A stretch of DNA of 64,000 nt, from NCBI RefSeq assembly GCF_004363805.1, contig NZ_SNZP01000001.1, positions 356,690 through 420,689 of the forward strand, in the 5' to 3' direction. Both the position numbers and the translations under genes were made by a program. How positions within the stretch are numbered: the first letter of the stretch is position 1; each line of letters opens with the position of its first letter. Shown piece after piece: positions 30,744 through 38,865 of the stretch. The stretch is from Paludibacterium purpuratum. GTDB lineage: Bacteria; Pseudomonadota; Gammaproteobacteria; Burkholderiales; Chromobacteriaceae. The notes under the pieces were generated by a model. The model was not told the origin of the DNA and made no database searches. It saw nothing but the letters and a program-made list of their open reading frames with translations.

Positions 30744-33257
30744 TTACGGCTTGGTCCGATCCGCAGCCGAGCCGAGCGACAACGGCAGCGCCGACTTGGT
30801 CAGGGCAGAGAGATCGACGTCGGGCAGCAGCTTGGTCAGCATGCCCATCAACCCATCGGCGGCATGACCGCCGCCGGTCACCAGCACATCGGGCACGATC
30901 TTGATGTGGCCGGCTTCGATGGCGCTGGCAATCAGTTCGACGATCTTGATCTGCTTGATCGCCTCTTCGCCGATGGCCTGCTGCTGTTTGTTGTAGGCTT
31001 GCGCGGTCGCCTCGCCGATGGCGGCAATCTTGGACGCTTCGCCATCGCCGATGGCGGTCAGCCGTTTGCCCTCGCCAGTGCCTTCCAGCGCCTTGGCTTC
31101 CGCGGCGCCTTCCGCCAAGGTGATCATCTCGGTTTTCTTCTGCGCCGCTACCTGCACGGCAATCTCCGACGCGACCAGCGTCGGCTGCTGATCGGCGGTC
31201 GCACGCATCTTCTCCATTTCGGTGCGCTCGGCCTGAGAGCGCTGTTCCATCTTGTACATTTCCTGCTGCTGTTCGGCGATGATGCGTTTGGTCTGCGTTT
31301 GCATCAAATCTTCCGGCAAGCGGATCTGACAGATGAGCACCGATACGCACTCGACGTGGTAGCGCTCCAGATCGGTACGAGCCCGATTTTCCGCCTTGAG
31401 CTGTTCTTCCGAGCGGCTTTGCAAGAAATTCATCGCCGAAGCGGTCGAGGCCTGATTACGGAACGAGGAGTCGATCATCGGATGGATGACGTGCTGGATC
31501 AGGTTATCGATAGAGCCGACTTTGGCGACCATATACGGGGCTTGATCCGGTCTGACGCGAATCACCACCTTGACCGAGACCTGGATCGGGAAGCCATCTT
31601 TGGAAATGACCATCAACTGGTCGAAGCGGGTTCCTTCCTGATCGTCCCAATCGATGGTGATGTTGGTGGTATCGATGATGTAGGCCATGAAGGCGCGGCG
31701 ATTGAGGTAATAACGCCCCGGACCCGCCACTTCTTCCTGGATGCCGCGGAATCCCTTGGGTACGACGTAGCGCTCCTTGCCTTCTTCCGCCAGAGCATCG
31801 ACCTGGCTAGAGCCGATACGATGCTTCATCTCGTCGGTCGGATCTTCGCCGACGTTGGAGACGATCACGCCGACCTGGCCACGCTCGATCACCGCGACAT
31901 CGTCTTGAGCGACACTGAACATCGACGGATTGATGTAATACGTCCCCGGGCGCAGCACATCCAACTGCGGCCCGCGCTGGCCTTGGCGCGTCAGAAAGGC
32001 GGAACCGTCCTGATAGTCGTTGTGACCGGTGATCGGGCAGGCAACGTATTCGCGCTCGGGCAGCGGTACACCGTCAAGCGCGGTCACCAGGCCGACCTTG
32101 TTGGCTTCGATCACCACCGCGGGCGCCACCTGCACGACAAACAAATTGAGGTTGATCCGGTAGGTACCCGGCAACAGCACGTCAATCTGCGGTCCCTTTT
32201 GTCCGCCGTTTTTCAGGAACGCATCGCCATTCTCATAGTTCGAATGGCCGGCAACGCTCTGTGCCAGTAATCGTCCCATCTGGATCGGTGCGCCATCCTG
32301 CGCCGTCACGGTGCCGACTTCGCCTTTGCCGATGACCACCGCCTTGGCCGACGTGATTTTGAATAGATTCGGGTGAATACGGTACATACCTGGCGGCAAT
32401 ATCTCGATTTGCGGTCCCTTTTGCCCGCCATTGAGGATAAATGCCTCGCCATCCTGGAAAGAATTATGGCCGCCCACCACCTGGGCGAAAATCCGCCCAG
32501 CGGGAATAGCCGCGCCATCGGAAGATTCGACCAGGCCAATTTCGCCTTCTTTGATTTGAGTGGCCGAGCTCTTGGTCACCTTGAACAGATAAGGATTGAT
32601 CCGATAACTGCCCGGCGGAATGATTTCGATCTGGGGGCCTTTTTGGCCGCCGTTTTTAATAAAGGCATCGCCATTCTGGAACGACGAATGTCCCGACACG
32701 GCTTGGGCAAAGATTTTACCCTCCGGAATAGCCTCGCCATCGACCGATTCAACCATGCCGATTTCAAAATCTTTGATTTCGGTGACTGTGCCCTTGGTAA
32801 TCTTGAACAGATAAGGGTTGATCCGATATTTCCCCGGCGCCAGCACTTCGATTTGCGGTCCCTTTTGACCGCCATTGCGAATGAATGCTTCGCCATCCTG
32901 GAAGGAATTATGATCGGCCGCCACCGAAGCGAAGATCCGCCCGGCGGGGATGGATTGACCGTCGACCGACTCGATCATGCCAATCTCATTATCCAGAATT
33001 TCGGTGAAAAAGCTCTTGGTTGCCTTGTAGATGAATGGAATCAGAAAATGCAGGCCCGGCCCGAGGGTGCGCGCTTGAATGCCGACCTCGTTGCCCAAGG
33101 CCACCACCCGTCCTTGCGGCATTTTTTTACCAAACCAACGACGCTCGATGAGTGCAATTTCATTACCGCCGACCACCACGACCGATGCCCACAGCAGAAT
33201 AGCCACCGGAATAATCGAGAGATACCAGCCGTACGTCACAATCAAATCAAGAGGCAT
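30744..33257 (-). CDS. Membrane-anchored SPFH/band-7 flotillin-like protein, expanded by tandem SPFH-N-terminal repeats (837 aa)
   Basis: N-terminal TM helix. A canonical SPFH beginning (…GPGLHFLIPFIYKATK) is followed by at least five ~74-aa repeats (EIGxVESxDGxxIPxGRIFAQxVxGHxxFQxGxAFIxNGGQKGPQIEILPPGxYRINPYLFKxTK). Then the SPFH core, a Glu/Gln/Arg-rich coiled coil and an Ala/Glu-rich flotillin C-terminus (…EAKALEGTGEGKRLTAIG…). Confidence 0.8.
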   Translation of the reverse strand: MPLDLIVTYGWYLSIIPVAILLWASVVVVGGNEIALIERRWFGKKMPQGRVVALGNEVGIQARTLGPGLHFLIPFIYKATKSFFTEILDNEIGMIESVDGQSIPAGRIFASVAADHNSFQDGEAFIRNGGQKGPQIEVLAPGKYRINPYLFKITKGTVTEIKDFEIGMVESVDGEAIPEGKIFAQAVSGHSSFQNGDAFIKNGGQKGPQIEIIPPGSYRINPYLFKVTKSSATQIKEGEIGLVESSDGAAIPAGRIFAQVVGGHNSFQDGEAFILNGGQKGPQIEILPPGMYRIHPNLFKITSAKAVVIGKGEVGTVTAQDGAPIQMGRLLAQSVAGHSNYENGDAFLKNGGQKGPQIDVLLPGTYRINLNLFVVQVAPAVVIEANKVGLVTALDGVPLPEREYVACPITGHNDYQDGSAFLTRQGQRGPQLDVLRPGTYYINPSMFSVAQDDVAVIERGQVGVIVSNVGEDPTDEMKHRIGSSQVDALAEEGKERYVVPKGFRGIQEEVAGPGRYYLNRRAFMAYIIDTTNITIDWDDQEGTRFDQLMVISKDGFPIQVSVKVVIRVRPDQAPYMVAKVGSIDNLIQHVIHPMIDSSFRNQASTASAMNFLQSRSEEQLKAENRARTDLERYHVECVSVLICQIRLPEDLMQTQTKRIIAEQQQEMYKMEQRSQAERTEMEKMRATADQQPTLVASEIAVQVAAQKKTEMITLAEGAAEAKALEGTGEGKRLTAIGDGEASKIAAIGEATAQAYNKQQQAIGEEAIKQIKIVELIASAIEAGHIKIVPDVLVTGGGHAADGLMGMLTKLLPDVDLSALTKSALPLSLGSAADRTKP
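31880..32987 (-). repeat. In-frame tandem coding repeat: five clear copies of about 222 nt with a degenerate sixth, inside the flotillin-like gene
   Basis: The motif GGCGGTCAAAAGGGACCGCAAATCGA (GGQKGPQI) recurs at roughly 225-nt spacing, visible on the + strand near 32170, 32400, 32625 and 32855. Confidence 0.75.
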
Positions 33258-33482
33258 AATCTAGCCCTTTTTATGTTGATTTTATGAAAAAAGCATTAAT
33301 TGTTTTAACTTTGAATGTCATTATACTTATTCGATTCATTTCTGGGTACTAGACTGGCGGCGATCGCTATTGCGGCTATCGGTGTTTGGCTTTTTATCCC
33401 CGTGAATTGAGACGGCTACCCAATACTTCCGTGCGGGCGCCCCATGGCCTATTCTGACAGTGAGTTTTGGGGGTAAGCCAAA

Positions 33483-34307
33483 ATGAAAAAATGGTCGAAT
33501 GGGGTCGCTAACGCATTATTGATGCTGTTGCTCGGGATTGGCGCCGTGCCGGCGTCGGGGCAGGCGCTGACGGTCTACACCGCATGGGTGCCGGACTATA
33601 TGATCAGCACCGGTGCCACATTGGATCAATCTACCGGGCTGATTACCGAAATCGCCGCCGGCGCTTTCCGGCAGGCGCATCTGCAGGTGAACATGGCGCC
33701 GGAGATGCCCTGGCTGCGGGCGCAAACCGTTGCCATGACGCAGCCGGGAGCCATCTTGCTCGGCTTGAGCCGAACGCCTGCCAGAGAGCGACACTGGCAA
33801 TGGCTGGCACTGACTTTCGACGAGCAGATCTACGCCATGACGCTGCAAGGACGACCGAGCTACACCAGCATCCTGGATATGAAGGTGCGGCACGCCCGGG
33901 TGGGAACCCGTTTGGGCTCCGGCAGTGCTTCGTTATTGCATAGCAACGGCATCGCCGTGGTCGAGGCGGTCGATACCGACACCAGCTTCAGTCAGCTGTC
34001 GGCTGGGATGATCGACGTGCTGTTGGTGCAGAAGTTCGCTTTGCGCCCGGCGCTCGACAGTTTGTCGTATGGCGCGCATGCCGAGTTGCTGAGCGGATTG
34101 TTGCCAAGACTACACGCCACCCTGTTACCGGACGATATACAGCAGTGGATGGTGGCTTCGCTGACGACACCGGCAGAGGAAGGGCAAAAGCTGAGAGCGG
34201 CGATAGAGAGTTTCCGCAATACAGAGCAATACAAGGCCATCCTGACCAAGTACGAGGAAACCGTGCCGCATTTGGCCGAACCCGCCCGCGACAACGGCCA
34301 GCCCTAA
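33483..34307 (+). CDS. Periplasmic solute-binding-protein family 3-like protein (orphan, no cognate ABC permease or ATPase adjacent)
   Basis: Signal peptide. SBP_bac_3-like motif LSRTPARERHWQW. About 270 aa. Confidence 0.6.
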   Translation: MKKWSNGVANALLMLLLGIGAVPASGQALTVYTAWVPDYMISTGATLDQSTGLITEIAAGAFRQAHLQVNMAPEMPWLRAQTVAMTQPGAILLGLSRTPARERHWQWLALTFDEQIYAMTLQGRPSYTSILDMKVRHARVGTRLGSGSASLLHSNGIAVVEAVDTDTSFSQLSAGMIDVLLVQKFALRPALDSLSYGAHAELLSGLLPRLHATLLPDDIQQWMVASLTTPAEEGQKLRAAIESFRNTEQYKAILTKYEETVPHLAEPARDNGQP

Positions 34308-34388
34308 GGCCGGGCGCTGGGCGCCCATGTGGCAAGCCGCGCCGAGCACAGGCAGGGCGCGGCCATGGGTCTGTTCGCAGCCGAACGG

Positions 34389-34874
34389 TTACTGGACCGG
34401 GTGCTTACTCTGGTACTGGGCAATGGCGACCTGGAGATCCTTGCGTTCTTCGCACGAGGATGGACACAACTCATCCAGTCGCTTGAGCTGTGCCTGGGCT
34501 TTGACCAGGTTGTTGCTCATCAAGTAGGCCTCGCCCAGATATTCATAGGCACCGCGATGGCGCGGATTGATCGCCAACGCTTTCTCATAGGCCGCAAAAG
34601 CATTCGGCAGATTCCCGGCTTTGCGGCTGGCATAGCCTAGCCAATTCCAAGCATCGGCATCGCCCGGGTTGCGTTGCAAATGGCGATTGAGCAATTGCGT
34701 GGCATGGGTGAAGTCGTTGGCTTTGATCGCATTGAGCGCGCCGGCGTAGTCGTCGCTTTGCATGGCGGGCGAGGGCGCGGCCAAGTTATCCGAATTGCTG
34801 CCAGAGGCGATGGCGGCGGGTGAGATCAGGATCGGAGCCATCAGCACCATGATGGCGATGAAATGTCGAGGCAT
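34389..34874 (-). CDS. Secreted TPR-repeat protein
   Basis: Signal peptide MPRHFIAIMVLMAPILISPAAIASG followed by TPR motifs (…DADAWNWLGYASRKAGNLPNAFAAYEKALAINPRHRGAYEYLGEAYL…). Start chosen at the signal-peptide Met; the ORF-track start at 35021 is an N-extension. Confidence 0.65.
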   Translation of the reverse strand: MPRHFIAIMVLMAPILISPAAIASGSNSDNLAAPSPAMQSDDYAGALNAIKANDFTHATQLLNRHLQRNPGDADAWNWLGYASRKAGNLPNAFAAYEKALAINPRHRGAYEYLGEAYLMSNNLVKAQAQLKRLDELCPSSCEERKDLQVAIAQYQSKHPVQ

Positions 34875-35065
34875 AAGCCATTCTCCTTTCATGCTTGGAG
34901 AAAGTACGTGGGTGGAATTCACTATAGCCAACATCGCAATCCTGTACGTATTTTCCGATAACCAACCGCTAATGACTTTCGTCATGCAATGGGTATATTC
35001 ACTTTGACTGCATTTAGGCAAAAGCCATACTGAAAGAATAACCGTTATCTGTTGAAGGTCTTTAT

Positions 35066-35809
35066 ATGAAAGTTGCGGTCGTTTCCGATATCCATGGCAA
35101 CATCTGGGCGCTGGAGGCGGTCATCGCCGACATCGCTCGTCGACAAGTCGATTTGGTCATTAATGCCGGCGACATCCTGTCGGGGCCGCTGGAACCCGCC
35201 GCTACCGCTGAACGGTTGATGGCGCTGAAGTGGCCGACCATTCGCGGCAACCACGAGCGGCAATTGCTGGCCTGTGCAGAGGCGCCGGGCGGTTTGTCCG
35301 ACCAATTCGCCTTTGAGCACACCACGGCCGCGCAACAGGACTGGTTGCGTGCCCTGCCAATCGATCTGTCTTTGAGCGAGCCGGGCATCTACGTCTGCCA
35401 CGGCGCGCCGGGCGACGATCTGACTTATTTTCTCGAAGAGGTGGGGTTGGGCGGCGCCCACGCGGCTTGCGACGAATCGGTGGAGCTACGGGCCGCCGGC
35501 ATTCGTGCCGGGCTGATCCTTTGCGGCCATTCGCACAAGCCGCGCGTGCGCGCGCTGTGCGATGGGCGTCTGATCGTCAATCCGGGCAGTGTCGGCTTGC
35601 AGGCCTACGACGACGATCATCCCCATCACCATGTGATCGAGAATGGCAGTCCGCACGCGCGCTACGCCATTTGCGAATGGCGCGACGGACAGTGGCAAGT
35701 GGACTTGTGCGCAGTCGCCTACGACCATCGCTCAGCCGCCGCGGCGGCGCGGGCGCACGGTAGCGATAGTTGGGGACGTTGGCTCGAAACGGGGCGGGCA
35801 CGGCACTGA
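35066..35809 (+). CDS. Calcineurin-like metallophosphoesterase
   Basis: Metal-binding motifs VVSDIHGN and GD…GNHE of the metallophosphoesterase family. Confidence 0.8.
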   Translation: MKVAVVSDIHGNIWALEAVIADIARRQVDLVINAGDILSGPLEPAATAERLMALKWPTIRGNHERQLLACAEAPGGLSDQFAFEHTTAAQQDWLRALPIDLSLSEPGIYVCHGAPGDDLTYFLEEVGLGGAHAACDESVELRAAGIRAGLILCGHSHKPRVRALCDGRLIVNPGSVGLQAYDDDHPHHHVIENGSPHARYAICEWRDGQWQVDLCAVAYDHRSAAAAARAHGSDSWGRWLETGRARH

Positions 35810-35885
35810 GCGGTGGGTGCCATACGCTTGGTCAATCGCATACATACATTGAGCTGTTCATCGGAAGCCTGCCTCGGCGAGCCAA

Positions 35886-36215
35886 TTACGCGTGCGCGTG
35901 ATGTTCTGGCTCGACCGACAGTCGCATGCCGACAGTCTTCAGCACGGCCAGCAGTGTCTTGAGTGTCGGGTTGCCTTTGGGTGACAGCGCCCGGTACAGC
36001 GATTCGCGGCTTATCCCAGCCTCGGCCGCCACCGCACCCAGCCCACCGTAGGCTTCCGCCACGGTGCGTAGAGCTAGTAAGCCCGCAGCTCGGTCGTCCG
36101 GGTTGTCAAGCGACTCCATTGCCGCTTTCAGGTATTCGATCGCCAACTCGCGATCGGCGCGCAGTTCGGCAACTTCTTCTTCGTGGTGCGATACCACGCC
36201 TTTGAGCTTGCTCAT
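35886..36215 (-). CDS. Addiction-module antidote protein (HigA-family antitoxin, HTH)
   Basis: MSKLKGVVSHHEEEVAELRADRELAIEYLKAAMESLDNPDD… matches the putative addiction-module antidote family. Its ATG overlaps the stop of the upstream toxin remnant (ATGA). Confidence 0.7.
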   Translation of the reverse strand: MSKLKGVVSHHEEEVAELRADRELAIEYLKAAMESLDNPDDRAAGLLALRTVAEAYGGLGAVAAEAGISRESLYRALSPKGNPTLKTLLAVLKTVGMRLSVEPEHHAHA

Positions 36216-36393
36216 GTTTGCCTCCGTTTCCATTCCGACCACAGTTCCTTGGCGCACTTGATGTCCGCCGGTTGACTGCTCTTGTCGCCGCCGCACAGCA
36301 GCAGCACGACCGACTTGCCATGGCGGCCGCAGTAGACGCGATAGCCAGCGCCGACATGAATGTACGCTTGGGCCAACAGTACGCTGGCCCTAG
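36212..36393 (-). pseudogene. C-terminal remnant (~60 codons, no start codon) of an addiction-module killer protein (RelE/HigB-like)
   Basis: Minus-strand frame translates to …AYIHVGAGYRVYCGRHGKSVVLLLCGGDKSSQPADIKCAKELWSEWKRRQT*, matching the GYRVYY…VILLCGGDKSSQ…DI C-terminal half of killer proteins. The frame is closed by an upstream TGA at about 36394-36396 and overlaps the acetyltransferase stop by 4 nt. Confidence 0.6.
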
Positions 36394-36953
36394 CCCTGAT
36401 CGATCTTGCGGATCACGCGTGCCGGGTTGCCGACCGCCATCGAATCCGGCGGTACGTCTCGGGTGACGACCGAACCTGCGCCGATCACGCTACGCGCGCC
36501 GATGGTGACACCCGGCAGAATGATCGCGCCGCCGCCGATCCAGCAGTCGTCCTCGATGACCACCTTTTTGCAGGTGGTATGCCAATCGCGGCGCGGACGG
36601 TAATCCAGCGGATGGGTGGCGGTGTAGATCTGCACATTGGGCGCGATGAGCACGTTGCTGCCGATCACCACCTCGCCCAGGTCGACGATGGTGACGTTGA
36701 AGTTGACGAAAGTGTGTTCGCCGAAACGGATATTGCGACCGAATTCGCAGGTGAAGGGCGACATCAGTAAACAAGAGGAGGGGCAGGCGGCGAATAGTTC
36801 GGCGGCGATGGTTTGTCGCGCCGCCCGGTCGTCCGGCGGCGTCGCATTGAAGCGCGCCACCAGCCGTTGCCCATGCAGGCGGTCTCGGTTGATGGCCGGC
36901 ATATTGTCGTCCAGTACGCCGCCGGCCAATATCTGATCCCATTCGCTTTGCAT
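36390..36953 (-). CDS. Hexapeptide-repeat maltose/galactoside O-acetyltransferase family protein
   Basis: Left-handed beta-helix hexapeptide repeats and the Maa/LacA-type C-terminus (…HPLDYRPRRDWHTTCKKVVIEDDCWIGGGAIILPGVTIG…). Confidence 0.85.
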   Translation of the reverse strand: MQSEWDQILAGGVLDDNMPAINRDRLHGQRLVARFNATPPDDRAARQTIAAELFAACPSSCLLMSPFTCEFGRNIRFGEHTFVNFNVTIVDLGEVVIGSNVLIAPNVQIYTATHPLDYRPRRDWHTTCKKVVIEDDCWIGGGAIILPGVTIGARSVIGAGSVVTRDVPPDSMAVGNPARVIRKIDQG

Positions 36954-36964
36954 CTCTTGGTTCC

Positions 36965-37564
36965 TCAGTACTCCAAAATAAAACGAATCGTCGGCCGTAG
37001 CATTGCCAACAACCTCTCGCGATCAATGGTGCCAGAATGGATGGCGCGCGCCATCAGACCATCGCACAGGGCGCCGATCAAGTCGAACTTGCTGTCGATT
37101 TCCGCTTGGGTCAGCGGTCGGGGACTCCCTTTTCTCAGTAGCTCGCTGATCGTATCGCGTACCTTTTCGTGCGAGGCCCGCACGATGGCGGCCACTTTGG
37201 CGTTGCGCCCAGCCTCGGCCAGAATTTCGATCTGCAGTGCTGCGTAGTCGGCATCGAGCCAATCTCTGACCGGATCGTCCAACTGCGCCAGCATATCCTC
37301 GAAAATGTTGCTGCTATTCAATAGATGCTGGATCGAGGCCAGCCATTCGTCCAAGTCTTGTTGCACGATGGCATCGATGATGGCTTCTTTGTTTTCGAAA
37401 TAATGGTAAATGTGGCCGACGCTCATGCCGGCTTCCTTGGCCAATTGCGCCATGCTGCAGCCGTGGAAGCCGTGTTGGCGAAAGCTGCGCGCAGCGGCTT
37501 CCAGCACTTGATTGCGGCGCTTGCCGGCGCGTTCTTGCTCGGGCGTGATAGGGGTAGTCGCCAT
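36965..37564 (-). CDS. TetR/AcrR-family transcriptional regulator
   Basis: N-terminal TetR HTH (…FRQHGFHGCSMAQLAKEAGMSVGHIYHYFENKEAI…). Divergent from the RND efflux operon. Confidence 0.85.
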   Translation of the reverse strand: MATTPITPEQERAGKRRNQVLEAAARSFRQHGFHGCSMAQLAKEAGMSVGHIYHYFENKEAIIDAIVQQDLDEWLASIQHLLNSSNIFEDMLAQLDDPVRDWLDADYAALQIEILAEAGRNAKVAAIVRASHEKVRDTISELLRKGSPRPLTQAEIDSKFDLIGALCDGLMARAIHSGTIDRERLLAMLRPTIRFILEY

Positions 37565-37638
37565 GGCATGTATCCAGAAAGTAAACAGCTAAGCAGTTGT
37601 TCAAACTTTTCCGATTGCGGAATGCGTGAACTTTATCA

Positions 37639-37676
37639 TAGAATGAACGCTCGAACTAGATTGAATGTTCATTCTA
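37639..37676. promoter_or_regulatory. Inverted repeat TAGAATGAAC-N18-GTTCATTCTA in the TetR / RND-operon divergent intergenic region (candidate TetR operator)
   Basis: Perfect 10-bp inverted arms seen in the sequence, positioned between the tetR start and the efflux operon start. Confidence 0.45.
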
Positions 37677-37743
37677 AAACAAAGCGCATGCCGCCGCGCT
37701 GTCCCTCCGGCCAGCTGGCGCTCTCATTGGAAACAGGTCTCCT

Positions 37744-38862
37744 ATGCAAAGAAATGTCCCGTTATTTCGCGGCGCCGCGCTGGCGCTCGTCTTTGCCGCC
37801 GGCTTGAGCGCCTGCGACAAAGGGGCGGCGGGCCAGCAGCAAGTCGCCACGGCGCCCCGCGTCGGGGTCGTCGCCATCGCCCCGCAGCGTGTTGCGCTGG
37901 ATACCGAATTGCCTGGTCGAACGGCCGCCCACACCTTGGCCGAGGTACGGCCGCAAGTCGGCGGTATCGTGCTCAAGCGCCTCTTCACCGAAGGGGCCGA
38001 CGTCAAGGCCGGCCAGCCCTTGTATCAAATCGATCCTGCGACCTATCGCGCCAGTGCGCAAAGCGCCGAGGCGAATCTTGCCGCGTTGAAACTCAAGGTG
38101 GATCGTTACAAGCAACTGATCGCCATCAACGCCGTCGGTCAGCAGGACTACGACGACGCCGTGTCGGCGCTCAAGCAAGCCCAGGCCGCGGCCGACACCG
38201 CGCGCATCAACCTCGGCTACACCCGCGTGCTGGCACCGGTGTCCGGCCGCATCGGCAAGTCGACGGTGACCGAGGGTGCGCTGGTGACCGCCGATCAAGC
38301 CACTGCGTTGACCACTATCCAAGCGCTCGACCCGATTTATGTCGACGTGACGCGTTCCAGCGGCGAACTGTTGCAACTGAAGCAGCAACTGGCCAGCGGC
38401 ACCTTGAAGAGTGCCGGGGCGGATGCCGCGCGCGTGCGGCTGGTGCTGGAGGACGGCAGCGCCTATCCGTTGGAAGGCAAGTTGCAATTTACCGACGTGA
38501 CTGTCGACCCGAGCACCGGCGCGGTGACGCTGCGCGCCGAATTCCCCAATCCGAAGCATGCATTGCTGCCGGGCATGTTCGTGCGCGCCAAGCTGATCGA
38601 AGGCGTCAACGAACAGGCGATTCTGGTGCAGCAAGACGCGATCAGCCACAACGAGAAAGGCGAGGCGGTGGCCATGGTGGTGGGGGCCGGCAACAAGGTC
38701 GAGGCGCGGGTGGTGCAGACGCCGCGCGCGGTCGGCAACCGCTGGCTGGTGAGCCAGGGCCTGAAGCCGGGCGACCGCGTGATCGTCGAAGGCCTGCAGT
38801 ATGTCCGTCCGGGTATGCCGGTGCAGGCAACGCCGGCGCAAGGCGGCGGGGCGGGGGAATAA
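37744..38862 (+). CDS. RND efflux membrane fusion protein (AcrA/MexA-like lipoprotein)
   Basis: Lipobox LSAC, coiled-coil, lipoyl and beta-barrel domains. First gene of the tripartite pump. Confidence 0.88.
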   Translation: MQRNVPLFRGAALALVFAAGLSACDKGAAGQQQVATAPRVGVVAIAPQRVALDTELPGRTAAHTLAEVRPQVGGIVLKRLFTEGADVKAGQPLYQIDPATYRASAQSAEANLAALKLKVDRYKQLIAINAVGQQDYDDAVSALKQAQAAADTARINLGYTRVLAPVSGRIGKSTVTEGALVTADQATALTTIQALDPIYVDVTRSSGELLQLKQQLASGTLKSAGADAARVRLVLEDGSAYPLEGKLQFTDVTVDPSTGAVTLRAEFPNPKHALLPGMFVRAKLIEGVNEQAILVQQDAISHNEKGEAVAMVVGAGNKVEARVVQTPRAVGNRWLVSQGLKPGDRVIVEGLQYVRPGMPVQATPAQGGGAGE

Positions 38863-38865
38863 GCC

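Noticed and set aside
32373-33287. 304-aa + strand ORF opposite the flotillin repeat array
   Set aside because: Produced by the periodic repeat on the antisense strand. Its own translation is repetitive and has no homology.
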